From Candidatus Levyibacteriota bacterium (GTDB lineage: Bacteria; Patescibacteriota; Microgenomatia; Levybacterales; UBA12049), in assembly GCA_043823085.1 (NCBI GenBank), contig JBDRBE010000002.1, forward strand, positions 19,312 through 83,311: 64,000 nt of DNA, written 5' to 3'. The notes under the pieces were generated by a model. It ran no database searches, was not told the origin of the DNA, and worked only from the letters and a program-made list of their open reading frames with translations. Below, piece by piece: positions 8,752 through 18,266 of the stretch (positions are counted from its first letter, which is position 1; each line of letters opens with the position of its first letter). The position numbers and the translations under genes are program-made.

Positions 8752-8969
8752 AATATATTTTTTTCTTTGTAATTATGCTATATCAGAAAATTATCTCTCC
8801 CCTGCTAAAACAAATTTTAGGAGTCAATAGTATTTGCCGTTTTTCTCCAAGCTGTTCAGAGTATGCTAAGCGTTCAATTAAAAAAAATGGAATCATAAAA
8901 GGATTTTCCCTTTCAATTCTGCGCCTCCTAAAATGTCAGCCATGGTATAAGATAGGAGAGGAAATATAA
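8748..8969 (+). CDS. yidD: membrane protein insertion efficiency factor YidD
   Basis: 73 aa with CRFSPSCSEYA...KGF motif characteristic of YidD. Start overlaps rnpA. Confidence 0.85.
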   Translation: MKYIFFFVIMLYQKIISPLLKQILGVNSICRFSPSCSEYAKRSIKKNGIIKGFSLSILRLLKCQPWYKIGEEI

Positions 8970-8970
8970 T

Positions 8971-9810
8971 ATGCCAGATTTTACGCCAGTCATAAATCTT
9001 TTTATCGTTATTATAGTTGGAATTTATCAGGGGCTTTCTTTGTTGCACATTCCCTATGCATTAGGGTTTTCTATCATTATTTTTACAATCTTGACTCGAT
9101 TTTTACTTTACCCTTTAACTGCTGCCCAGCTAAAATCCGCCAAAAAAATGCAGGGTTTAACACCCCATTTAAACAGATTAAAAGAGAAGCATAAGAATGA
9201 TGGAAAAAGATTGCAGGCGGAAACAATGAATCTTTATAAAGAACACGGAATTAATCCGGCGGCAGGATGTATCCCGTTAATTATTCAAATGCCAATTATT
9301 TTAATTCTTTATCAAGCCCTAAATAAAATTCTTAACTTTAATTCTCCTCATGTGGTTGTTTCAGAAATAAATAAAATTGGCTTTTTACCAGACGCTTTTA
9401 AACTTTCTCAGGCTTGGGATCCGACATTTTTTGGTTTACCGCTTGGACAGCATCCATCGCAACTAATGTCGACTCTTGGGCCATTAATACTTCTTGTGCC
9501 AATTTTAACCGGAGTTTTCCAATTTATTCAATCAAAAATGATGATCGTAAAAAATAAAGACCAAGAACAAGATAAACCAAAAAAAGAAGACTTTGCTTCG
9601 GCTTTTCAAAAACAGTCTCTTTTTATTTTTCCGGCAATGATTGGATTTTTTTCCTTTAATTTTCCAATAGGACTTTCTTTATACTGGAATACGTTCACGA
9701 TTTTTGGTATACTACAGCAATATAAAGTTTCGGGTCTGGGCGGACTTGCAGAATGGAAAGATAAAATATGGCAAAAACCAATCAGCCAACTGGCGGAGAA
9801 AAAGAAATAA
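8971..9810 (+). CDS. yidC: membrane protein insertase YidC/Oxa1 (short form)
   Basis: 279 aa, multiple TM segments. Conserved YidC core (LTPHLNRLKEKHKND...NPAAGCIPLIIQMPIILILYQAL). Confidence 0.85.
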   Translation: MPDFTPVINLFIVIIVGIYQGLSLLHIPYALGFSIIIFTILTRFLLYPLTAAQLKSAKKMQGLTPHLNRLKEKHKNDGKRLQAETMNLYKEHGINPAAGCIPLIIQMPIILILYQALNKILNFNSPHVVVSEINKIGFLPDAFKLSQAWDPTFFGLPLGQHPSQLMSTLGPLILLVPILTGVFQFIQSKMMIVKNKDQEQDKPKKEDFASAFQKQSLFIFPAMIGFFSFNFPIGLSLYWNTFTIFGILQQYKVSGLGGLAEWKDKIWQKPISQLAEKKK

Positions 9811-10259
9811 TTGTTAAAGAAGTTACATCGGAAATTCTTAAACTTCTAGAAATTGAAGGAACATTCGAAACCCTTTCAAGTAAAGAATCCAATGATCAAG
9901 AGCAGGTTGAAGTTATATTGGACACAAAAGAAAGCGGGATTATTATTGGCTATCATGGGGAAACATTAGAGGCATTACAGTTGATACTCTCATTGTGTGT
10001 CTCAAAAAAGCTTGGTCATTTTGTTAGGGTTTCGGTAGAAGTCGGAGATTACAAAAAAAATAGAATGGAATTCTTAAAAAATCTTGCTTTGGAAGCAAAA
10101 GAAAGAGTTATTAGTGAAAATAAGGAATTTTCTTTGTCCAACTTAAAATCTTGGGAAAGACGGATTGTCCACTTAATTCTTCAAGATTTCAAAGAAGTAA
10201 TGACAGAGTCTGTTGGAGAAGGCAAAGACCGGGCATTAGTAATTAAACCACAAGAGTAA
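9768..10259 (+). CDS. jag: Jag/KhpB-like RNA-binding protein (KH + R3H domains)
   Basis: C-terminal R3H-like region (ERRIVHLILQDF...). Conserved position after yidC. 5' end overlaps yidC by ~40 nt. Confidence 0.7.
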   Translation: MAKTNQPTGGEKEIIVKEVTSEILKLLEIEGTFETLSSKESNDQEQVEVILDTKESGIIIGYHGETLEALQLILSLCVSKKLGHFVRVSVEVGDYKKNRMEFLKNLALEAKERVISENKEFSLSNLKSWERRIVHLILQDFKEVMTESVGEGKDRALVIKPQE

Positions 10260-10266
10260 ATTTAAT

Positions 10267-11487
10267 TTGAAAATTAAGTTGCTTTTAAACGCACAAAAAA
10301 TTCTTTTTTATCTTACGCTTCTTTTTTTACCAACTCAACTTGGCAAGCATTTTTGGCCGGATTTTTCACAAGTTTTTGGAATAAGGGTTGATTATCTTTC
10401 TCCCACCCTCTACCTAACCGACGCATTTATCATTCTTTTAGCGATTAGTTGCCTAATTAAACTATTCTTTTCTCGAAAACGTCATAAATTTTCAATTTTT
10501 AATACGCCATACGCCATACGCTATATGCTATGCGCTATATGCATTTTGGCTTTGGGCATTTTGTTCTCCAAAAGTCCATTGGCAGGCTGGTATGGATTAT
10601 TGAAGTTTTTAGAGTTTTTGTTTTTTGGTTTTTACACGGCAAAGAACATAAATACTGTCAGGCAATGGATAATCATTACAACTATATTTTCAATAGGTAT
10701 TTTTTTTGAATCACTTATTAGTATCACCCAATATATTTTAGGACATTCTTTGAATGGATTATTTTATTATTTTGGCGAAAGAGCATTTAATTCGCAAACT
10801 CCAAATATTGCCAATGCCTCCATTAATGGACAATTGATTTTAAGACCTTACGGAACATTTTCACACCCCAATGTTTTGGCAGGATACCTAATAATCGCCA
10901 TGACGATGGTAATTTTCAATTTTCAATCTTGCCTGTCGGCAGACAGGTTTTCAATTTTCAATCTAAAACGGGGTTTTTATACCTGTTCGTTAATTGCTGG
11001 AACAATCGCGCTTTTTTTAACGTTGAGCAGAATTGCCACATTGCTTTGGTTATTAATTTTAGTTTGGTTGGTGATAATCAATTTCAAAAAATGGTTAAAT
11101 AAACAACTGTACACCATCCGCTATTTGCCATACGCTATTTCTGCTTTGATCATCGGCAGCGTTTTTGTTTTCCCGACGGTTTGGCAGCGGTTTATTGGTA
11201 GCAATTTTATAGAACTATCAATTGTTCAAAGAATAGATTTGATTTCAGCTTCACTTAGAATGATTCAAGCGAGTCCCCTCTTTGGAGTCGGATTAAATAA
11301 TTTTTTAGTCAATCTCCCGCAATTTTATACTGGTAGAACCACAGTTTTTTTTCTCCAACCAGTACACAACATTTACCTTTTGGCAATGGCAGAGATAGGA
11401 ATTATCGGCCTTGGTTTGTTTGTATGGTTTATTGGTAAAACCTTCACTAGAATCAAGAATCAAGAATCAAGAAGAGAGAATTCATAA
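10267..11487 (+). CDS. O-antigen ligase/polymerase (Wzy_C)-family integral membrane protein
   Basis: ~10 predicted TM helices. Wzy_C-like loop near the C-terminus (SLRMIQASPLFGVGLNNF...QPVHNIYLLAMAEIGIIG). Ends right after a (AATCAAG)x3 microsatellite. Confidence 0.6.
   Translation: MKIKLLLNAQKILFYLTLLFLPTQLGKHFWPDFSQVFGIRVDYLSPTLYLTDAFIILLAISCLIKLFFSRKRHKFSIFNTPYAIRYMLCAICILALGILFSKSPLAGWYGLLKFLEFLFFGFYTAKNINTVRQWIIITTIFSIGIFFESLISITQYILGHSLNGLFYYFGERAFNSQTPNIANASINGQLILRPYGTFSHPNVLAGYLIIAMTMVIFNFQSCLSADRFSIFNLKRGFYTCSLIAGTIALFLTLSRIATLLWLLILVWLVIINFKKWLNKQLYTIRYLPYAISALIIGSVFVFPTVWQRFIGSNFIELSIVQRIDLISASLRMIQASPLFGVGLNNFLVNLPQFYTGRTTVFFLQPVHNIYLLAMAEIGIIGLGLFVWFIGKTFTRIKNQESRRENS
11451..11471. 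repeat. heptanucleotide microsatellite (AATCAAG)x3 at 3' end of the Wzy-like gene
   Basis: Three perfect tandem 7-mers, 14 nt upstream of the stop codon. Downstream, a different frame stays open for ~60 codons. Confidence 0.8.
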
Positions 11488-11492
11488 TCCAT

Positions 11493-11535
11493 CCCTTCGA
11501 CTTCGCTCAGGGTAAAAATCCCAAATTCCTAATTC
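11493..11535. repeat. short repeat element, PFDFAQ-encoding core cccttcgacttcgctcagg, intergenic copy
   Basis: 19-nt identity with valS positions 17453-17471, and both copies end in taattc. Confidence 0.6.
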
Positions 11536-11669
11536 TAGTTAGCATTCTTCTCCTTGGTTTTTTCGATCACTATTTTTTAACCTTGCAACAAGGACAGCTT
11601 TTATTTTCTTTTGTTCTGGGGCTTGCTTGGTCAAAATTAAAAAACAGAAATATTGTAAAATTATAAAAC

Positions 11670-12956
11670 ATGGAGCATTTAAAGATTTTTAAAAATACCG
11701 GTTATCAAATTTTTACCCGCGTTATAACATCTGGAGTTGGTTTTATTACAACGATTATTCTTGCCCGTTATCTTGGTGTTTTAGGTTATGGTGATTTTAC
11801 CAAGGTTACAGCATTCGTCGGCTTGTTTTATCTAATCGCTGATTTTGGTTTTAATGCAGTTTTTTTGCAAAAAGACACAAAAACTTTTCCTTTTAAAAAC
11901 CTTTTTTTCCTCCGTTTGGCAATTGCATTAGTGCTTGTTTTTTTGGTCAACGGAATTGCTTTTCTTTTGCCTTTTAATAAAGTTTTAAACCTTGGATTCT
12001 CCCAAAGCGTTCGTCTTGGAATTATGATTTTCTCTCTTTCAATAATTAGTCAGGCCATATTGTTTTCTTCAAGCGCAATTTTTCAAAAAAAACTTTCTTA
12101 CCAAAATTTGGCTAAATCAACGGCAGTTGGTTCACTTATCACGCTTTTGTTGATTGCGGTTTTTGTTTTCTATTCACTGCCGCTTAGCTATTTTTTATGG
12201 GCTTTTGTAATAGGAGGTTTTATTAGCGCAATCATTTCTTTAATTCTAACAAGAGAAGATATTAATTTTTTTTCGCGAAGCGAGATCCTGCTCCGCAGTA
12301 CAAATTTTGCTGCAATTAAAAGATTTTTTATTGAAAGCTCTCCCATTGGTTTAATGTTAATTTTTAATTTAGTTTATTTTAGAATTGATATTTTTCTTCT
12401 TTCATTTTTAAAATCAACAACAGATGTCGGCGTTTATGGTTTAGCTTATAAGTTCTTTGATTTTCTAATTACGCTGCCCCTATTTTTGTCTAATTCTATC
12501 TACCCAAGCCTTATAGTTTGGCAGAAAAATTATCGAAAACTCATAAGGTTTTCAAAGATCTATGTAGCTGTTTTTCTTTTTGTCTCAATAATTACGTTAA
12601 TTGTTTTTTGGTTTTTAGCGCCTTTTATAGTTTTGGTAAAAAAAGAATTTTTTCTTTCTGTCTTGCCTTTTAGGATTTTGCTTTTATCACTCCCCCTGTT
12701 TTTCCTTACGAGCATTCTGCAGTGGATATTAATTTCTCAAAAACAGCAAAAATTTTTGATGCTAATTTATTCTGTTTGCGCCTCACTAAATATTATTTTA
12801 AATATTATTTTTATCCCTATCGGTTCTTATATCGCATCGGCTATAATAACAGGAGTGTCGGAATTCTTCGTTTTGCTTGCGCTGGCGATTCGGCTTATAA
12901 CCGTTTTACCAAAATTACAAGGACATGAAACGGTTGCAAGCCCGAAAGGCTTATAG
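11670..12956 (+). CDS. polysaccharide biosynthesis protein, Wzx-like flippase (MOP superfamily)
   Basis: 428 aa, ~12 TM helices. N-terminal pattern typical of Polysacc_synt/Wzx transporters. Adjacent to the Wzy-like gene. Confidence 0.65.
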   Translation: MEHLKIFKNTGYQIFTRVITSGVGFITTIILARYLGVLGYGDFTKVTAFVGLFYLIADFGFNAVFLQKDTKTFPFKNLFFLRLAIALVLVFLVNGIAFLLPFNKVLNLGFSQSVRLGIMIFSLSIISQAILFSSSAIFQKKLSYQNLAKSTAVGSLITLLLIAVFVFYSLPLSYFLWAFVIGGFISAIISLILTREDINFFSRSEILLRSTNFAAIKRFFIESSPIGLMLIFNLVYFRIDIFLLSFLKSTTDVGVYGLAYKFFDFLITLPLFLSNSIYPSLIVWQKNYRKLIRFSKIYVAVFLFVSIITLIVFWFLAPFIVLVKKEFFLSVLPFRILLLSLPLFFLTSILQWILISQKQQKFLMLIYSVCASLNIILNIIFIPIGSYIASAIITGVSEFFVLLALAIRLITVLPKLQGHETVASPKGL

Positions 12957-12984
12957 CATTACTGAAAAATACGCAAAAGGAAAT

Positions 12985-13404
12985 ATGAATTTGTTTAAAG
13001 TATATACTGACGGCGGCTCAAGAGGTAACCCCGGCCCATCTGGCATTGGTATTTATATCATTGATTCTGCAGGGAAGAAAATATTTTCTCACGGCGAAAA
13101 AATTGGCATGGCAACTAATAACGTTGCAGAATACAAAGCAGTCATAAAAGCATTGGCGTGGATTTTGGAAAATAAAAAATTAATAGGGGAGGCGGAGATT
13201 AACTTTTTTCTAGATTCAAAATTAATTTGCTCGCAAATTACAGGCATCTTTAAAGTCAAAGATGCAAATCTTAGAAATTTGCTTTTTGAGGTCAGAGAAA
13301 AAGAAGCAGGTATTAACTCAAAAATAAAATATTTTTATATTCCGCGCGAAAAAAATGTCGACGCGGATAAGTTAGTTAATTTAGCCCTGGACAATAAAAT
13401 TTAA
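12985..13404 (+). CDS. rnhA: ribonuclease HI
   Basis: VYTDGGSRGNPGPSGIG...EYKAVIKAL...D. RNase H catalytic DEDD pattern. Start set to the internal ATG (MNLFKVYTDGG) to avoid overlap with the flippase gene. Confidence 0.8.
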   Translation: MNLFKVYTDGGSRGNPGPSGIGIYIIDSAGKKIFSHGEKIGMATNNVAEYKAVIKALAWILENKKLIGEAEINFFLDSKLICSQITGIFKVKDANLRNLLFEVREKEAGINSKIKYFYIPREKNVDADKLVNLALDNKI

Positions 13405-13421
13405 ATCTACAAAAACCAACA

Positions 13422-16088
13422 TTGCAACGTGCTAAAATAATTCTAATGGACAATTCCAATTCCAAAAAAGAGGACATTTTAATCATCGATAAAAGTGGGG
13501 CAATAGGCGGTAAGGTTTCGGAGAAACTGCTGGAAGAAGCAGAAAAAGTTACTTTAATTTCATTTTTTAAAAAACTGCCTAAAATTCCTAATTCATCTTA
13601 TTCAAAAATTATTATTATTTACAATGGAGAAAAAGAAGTTCTGCAAGTTATTCCGGATTTTATTAAAGAAGCAAAAAAAATTAATGCCAAATTAATTATT
13701 GTTTTGTCGATTAATTTTTTTAATAACTCTTTGATTGAAAAATTTGAAAGACTTGGTGACCCCTGCATTATTTTTTTGGGTGAATTGTTTGGCGCGGAGG
13801 AGAAGGATTTTAACCAGACAAGAATTGATAATTTACTAAATACAGCAAAACTGGAGGGGAAAATTGACGTTTCCAATATGGGAATGCAAAAATTATACCC
13901 GGTTTTATTAACAGATGCTGTTTCTAAAATCGCAGAAACTGTCACTAAAAAAAGGCTTATTCCAAGAAATTTTTATCTTTTTCCACGACACGCTCTAACT
14001 GAGCTTTCTTTTGCCAGAATTTTAAAAAAAATAGAGCCTTCGATAAATATTACTTTTTCTAAAATAAAGGAAAGCAAAATAAAACAAGACAGACTGTTTC
14101 TAAAAGGGGAATACGCTTTTGAAGAAAGCTATCCCTTAGAGCAAAAAATAAAACAAGTTTTCAATGCAATACCTATGGATAAAGATAAAAGACAGTCAAT
14201 GGAAAAAAAGAAAATCGATTTTAAAAAAGAGTCAAATAGCTCAAAAAAAAGTTCTTTTCTGTTTTTTTGTCTTTTGCTTTTAGTTTTGTTTCTGCCGATA
14301 ATTGCAACATTTACTTTTTCCTTGTTTGGGGTTTTGGGTTTAAAAATCACCAAAGAAGAAATAGTTAGGGGAAATTTTACTTCGGCAAAAAACATTGCAA
14401 ATATATCAAATATAGCTTTTGGTTTTTCAAAAGATTTGGGCAAAGTATTTGTGTTTGAAAGTTCACTTATCGGACAGGAAAACAATGCCTTGGGAGTTGT
14501 TAATGATATTAGTGTTGGAAAAGAAGTTTCGCAATCTTTGGTTAATTTATTTTCTTCTTTTGATAATTTTGTTAAGTCGACAAGCACGAAAACAAAAACT
14601 CCAAGAGAGGATTTCATTTTGGCATCAAATCTTCTTAAAAAATCAATAATATCTTTCCAGACTTTAAAAACAGAAAAAAATACTTTTTTGCCAAAGGATT
14701 TCTTAGGCAAAGACGGGGAGAGTTTAATTAACCTTGTCTCCGGTGTAATTGACGCTTTTCCGGAGGTTTTTGGATTTAATAACGAGAGAAAATATTTGGT
14801 TCTTTTTCAAAATAATATGGAGTTACGGCCCGGCGGAGGATTTATCGGCTCCTACGGCCTTTTAAGCTTGAAGAATGCTGCTATTAAAGATTTCTCACTT
14901 TTTGATGTTTATGATGCTGACGGTCAGCTTAAAGGCCATGTTGAACCGCCTTTTGCCGTTAGGCGATATTTACCTCAAGTTCACTGGTATCTTCGCGACA
15001 GTAATTTTGATGTTGATTTTTCTAAAAACGCTTCAAACGCGGCATTCTTTTTAGATCTTGAAACAAGCGAACAGGTCAATGGTGTAATTGCCGTTGACCT
15101 CTCTTTTGTCAAAAATCTGCTTAAAGTTTTAGGTCCGTTGGAGGTTCCCGACTATAATGAAACAGTTACCTCTGATAATTTATATCTTTTAACTCAAAAA
15201 CACGCGGAGAAGAATTTTTTCCCGGGGTCTACTCAAAAAAAAGATTTTTTACGATCGCTTTTTAATTCTGCAAGGCAGAACATTTTAACAAAAAATGACC
15301 TGTCTTATCTTTCGTTATTAAAAATAATCGGAGAAGCAATTCAGGAAAAACATCTTTTAATGGCTTTTGGCGATCCGGCAATTCAGCCTCTCTTTACTGT
15401 CAATGGATTTTCTTCTTCGCTTTGGGATGGGCGGCAAAGCGCAAATGACACAGTCAATGATTTCTTGGGAATAAGCGAGGCAAATTTAGGAGTTAATAAA
15501 GCAAATTATTTTGTCAAAAGAAAAATAACTCAGGATGTTTTAATAGATAGTGATGGAAGCATTTCGGAGAATGTCACAGTTCTTTATAAAAATAATAGTA
15601 CCGGCTGGCCGGGCGGGGATTACAAAAATTATCTGCGTTTTGTTTTACCTCTTGGAACAAGAATTCAATCTGTTTGGATTGATGATAAAGAGCAGGAATT
15701 AGTTTCCGCAGTCACAGATTTTAATATTTACGAGGATAAGAACTTTAAACCGCCCACTGGGCTTGAAATTGAAGAAAGCAAAGATAATGGAAAAACTATT
15801 TTTGGTTTTCTTATAATCATTCCTTCAAACGTTCTTAAAAAAGTGAGCGTCTCTTATCTTTTACCCAATAATAATTTATTAGACCTTCCCTCGTTCTCAT
15901 ATTCAAACCGCGTTTTTAAACAGCCGGGGACAGAAAATGACCAATATTCTTTTTCGCTTTCGTACCCCAAAGATTTATTAAAAGTTTTTAATCTTTCAAA
16001 AGATGTAAAAGGAAGCGAAGACAAAATCAGTTGCTCAACCGATCTTTCAAGTGATCTGGATTTCGAAATCACCTTCTCGCAAAAATAA
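13422..16088 (+). CDS. large bitopic membrane protein: cytoplasmic Rossmann-like N-domain, one TM, extracytoplasmic DUF4012-like domain
   Basis: GxxGxxG-like DKSGAIGGKV near the N-terminus. Single hydrophobic helix (FLFFCLLLLVLFLPIIATF). Long C-terminal region with ELRPGGGFIGSYG motif reminiscent of DUF4012. Confidence 0.55.
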   Translation: MQRAKIILMDNSNSKKEDILIIDKSGAIGGKVSEKLLEEAEKVTLISFFKKLPKIPNSSYSKIIIIYNGEKEVLQVIPDFIKEAKKINAKLIIVLSINFFNNSLIEKFERLGDPCIIFLGELFGAEEKDFNQTRIDNLLNTAKLEGKIDVSNMGMQKLYPVLLTDAVSKIAETVTKKRLIPRNFYLFPRHALTELSFARILKKIEPSINITFSKIKESKIKQDRLFLKGEYAFEESYPLEQKIKQVFNAIPMDKDKRQSMEKKKIDFKKESNSSKKSSFLFFCLLLLVLFLPIIATFTFSLFGVLGLKITKEEIVRGNFTSAKNIANISNIAFGFSKDLGKVFVFESSLIGQENNALGVVNDISVGKEVSQSLVNLFSSFDNFVKSTSTKTKTPREDFILASNLLKKSIISFQTLKTEKNTFLPKDFLGKDGESLINLVSGVIDAFPEVFGFNNERKYLVLFQNNMELRPGGGFIGSYGLLSLKNAAIKDFSLFDVYDADGQLKGHVEPPFAVRRYLPQVHWYLRDSNFDVDFSKNASNAAFFLDLETSEQVNGVIAVDLSFVKNLLKVLGPLEVPDYNETVTSDNLYLLTQKHAEKNFFPGSTQKKDFLRSLFNSARQNILTKNDLSYLSLLKIIGEAIQEKHLLMAFGDPAIQPLFTVNGFSSSLWDGRQSANDTVNDFLGISEANLGVNKANYFVKRKITQDVLIDSDGSISENVTVLYKNNSTGWPGGDYKNYLRFVLPLGTRIQSVWIDDKEQELVSAVTDFNIYEDKNFKPPTGLEIEESKDNGKTIFGFLIIIPSNVLKKVSVSYLLPNNNLLDLPSFSYSNRVFKQPGTENDQYSFSLSYPKDLLKVFNLSKDVKGSEDKISCSTDLSSDLDFEITFSQK

Positions 16089-16135
16089 AACCTCGTTTAT
16101 TGCCCAAGTTGGTGAGCTTGTGTTAGAATCAGAAC

Positions 16136-18229
16136 ATGACCGAAGAACAGATGTATGATTTTTGGCAAAAGAACGGATTTTTTAAAGCGGATCCAAAATC
16201 TTCCAAAAAACCTTATTCTATTTTAATGCCGCCGCCAAATTTAACCGGCGAATTGCATTTGGGCCATGCCATGCAGCACTCAATTCTTGACGCCATTGCC
16301 CGATTCAAGCGAATGCAGGGGTTTGATGTTCTGTTACTCCCCGGAGTTGACCACGCCGGTATTCTTTTTGAAGGAACGCTAAATAAAATTTTGGAAAAAG
16401 AAGGTCTTTCAAAACAAAAATTAGGCAGGGAAAAGTGGTTAGAGCGGGCTTGGCAATTTAAAGATAAAATTTATAAATCATTTCATAAAACCTGGAGCGT
16501 TTTTGGTCTTTCTGCCGACTGGTCACGCGAGGTTTTTACTTTAGACCAAAATATTCAAAAGGCGGTTTTTGAGGAATTTAAAAGATTTTGGGAGGAGGGA
16601 ACTCTTTATAAAAGTGTGTATATTGTTCAATGGTGTCCAAAATGCGGAACAGCCATAGAAGACGTGGAAATGGAATATCAGGAAAGAAAAGAAAAACTTT
16701 ACTATCTTAAATATGGTCCGCTTGTTTTGGCGACCACCCGTCCGGAAACAAAATTTGGCGATACAGCCATGGCAGTCAATCCAAATGACAAAAGATATCA
16801 AAAACACATTGGTAAGGAGTTTGAAATTGATACTTTAGCCGGCAAAAGAAAAATGAAAGTTATTGCAGACGATGCAATTGATCCAAAATTTGGTACAGGG
16901 GCTGAAAAAGTAACTCCGGGTCATGACATTTTGGATTATGAAATCGGCAAGCGCCATAATTTGCCCATTATCAACGTTATTGATAAAAAAGGTAGGTTAA
17001 CCAAAGCCGCTGGAAAATACGCCGGCATGAAGATTTTAGAGGCAAGGAAGGTGATGTTGCCAGAGTTAAAAGAAAAGGGAATTTTAATTAAAGAGGAAGA
17101 TTACATTCATTCGGTTCCGGTTTGCGAACGCTGTCACAATGTTGTTGAGCCGACAATTTCTGAAGAGTGGTTTTTAAAAACAAAATCTTTGGCCCAAAAG
17201 GCGCTCGACAATATCAATAAAATTGATTTTATACCTAAGAGCTATCAAAAAATTATTTCGAATTGGCTGGAAGAGATTCATGACTGGTGTATTTCAAGAA
17301 ATCTCTGGTGGGGACACAGGATTCCTATTTGGTACAAGGGTAATGAGGTAAAAGTTTCAATTGATTCACCGGGCGAGGGTTGGGTGCAGGAAGAAAAGAT
17401 CTTGGATACTTGGTTTTCATCCGGCATGTGGCCATTAATAACACTGGGATGGCCCTTCGACTTCGCTCAGGATAAACCTTCTAATTCAGAAGAATTGAAA
17501 AGATATTATCCTTGGGCTTTTGAATTGTCAGCGCCGGAAATTAAATTCCTCTGGATTGCCAGAATGATAATGCTTGGCCTTCATTTTAAAAATGAAATTC
17601 CTTTTAAAAATATGTTTTTTCATGGAATGCTGCGCGATTTAGAGGGGAGAAAATTTTCCAAATCGCTTGGAAATGGAATTGATCCTAATCAATTAAGGCA
17701 ACAGTGGGGGACAGACAGCGTTCGTATGGCCCTTTACAGTTATTCTGCGCCGGGAAGAGACGGAAAAACTTCAAGGCAGTTAATGGACGAGCGCTGTAAG
17801 AATTTTAGAAACTTTGGGACAAAGATGAGAAATATTTATCGGTTTGTGATGGAGCTTTCTTCTAGTCATCCCGAATTTATTTCGGGATCTCGCGAGATAC
17901 TGAAACAAGTTCAGCATGACAATGTGGAGGACAAGGAGATTATCGAAAAGTTAAACAAAACCATAAAATCGGTCACCAAAAATCTGGAGAGTTTTAACCT
18001 GCATTTGGCAACCCAAGATTTATATGATTTTATCTGGCATGATTTCGCCGATGATTATATTGAGAAGTCAAAAAAGAGAAGAAAAGAAGCGCAAGCTACT
18101 TTGGAATATGTTTTAATGTCCTGCTTAAGACTCCTTCATCCCTTTATGCCGTTTTTAACAGAAGAACTCTATCAAAAGATGCCAGACCGCAAAAAATCCA
18201 TAATGCTTGACAGTTGGCCAAAAGCGTGA
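16136..18229 (+). CDS. valS: valyl-tRNA synthetase (short form, 697 aa)
   Basis: PPPNLTGELHLGHA (HIGH motif), KFSKS (KMSKS motif), WCISRNLWWGHRIPIW (ValRS hallmark). Contains two in-frame short repeat insertions. Confidence 0.85.
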   Translation: MTEEQMYDFWQKNGFFKADPKSSKKPYSILMPPPNLTGELHLGHAMQHSILDAIARFKRMQGFDVLLLPGVDHAGILFEGTLNKILEKEGLSKQKLGREKWLERAWQFKDKIYKSFHKTWSVFGLSADWSREVFTLDQNIQKAVFEEFKRFWEEGTLYKSVYIVQWCPKCGTAIEDVEMEYQERKEKLYYLKYGPLVLATTRPETKFGDTAMAVNPNDKRYQKHIGKEFEIDTLAGKRKMKVIADDAIDPKFGTGAEKVTPGHDILDYEIGKRHNLPIINVIDKKGRLTKAAGKYAGMKILEARKVMLPELKEKGILIKEEDYIHSVPVCERCHNVVEPTISEEWFLKTKSLAQKALDNINKIDFIPKSYQKIISNWLEEIHDWCISRNLWWGHRIPIWYKGNEVKVSIDSPGEGWVQEEKILDTWFSSGMWPLITLGWPFDFAQDKPSNSEELKRYYPWAFELSAPEIKFLWIARMIMLGLHFKNEIPFKNMFFHGMLRDLEGRKFSKSLGNGIDPNQLRQQWGTDSVRMALYSYSAPGRDGKTSRQLMDERCKNFRNFGTKMRNIYRFVMELSSSHPEFISGSREILKQVQHDNVEDKEIIEKLNKTIKSVTKNLESFNLHLATQDLYDFIWHDFADDYIEKSKKRRKEAQATLEYVLMSCLRLLHPFMPFLTEELYQKMPDRKKSIMLDSWPKA
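17453..17487. repeat. in-frame copy of the PFDFAQ repeat element inside valS
   Basis: cccttcgacttcgctcaggataaaccttctaattc encodes PFDFAQDKPSNS, inserted in the conserved TLGWP...LKRYYP segment of ValRS. Confidence 0.6.
17870..17922. repeat. in-frame copy of the triple-hairpin palindromic element inside valS
   Basis: cccgaatttatttcggg / ggatctcgcgagat / tgaaacaagttca..atgacaa, homologous to intergenic 5428-5487. Encodes HPEFISGSREILKQVQHDN. Confidence 0.6.
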
Positions 18230-18266
18230 TATAAACCAAAAATCAACAATCTGCCCCTAAAAATAT

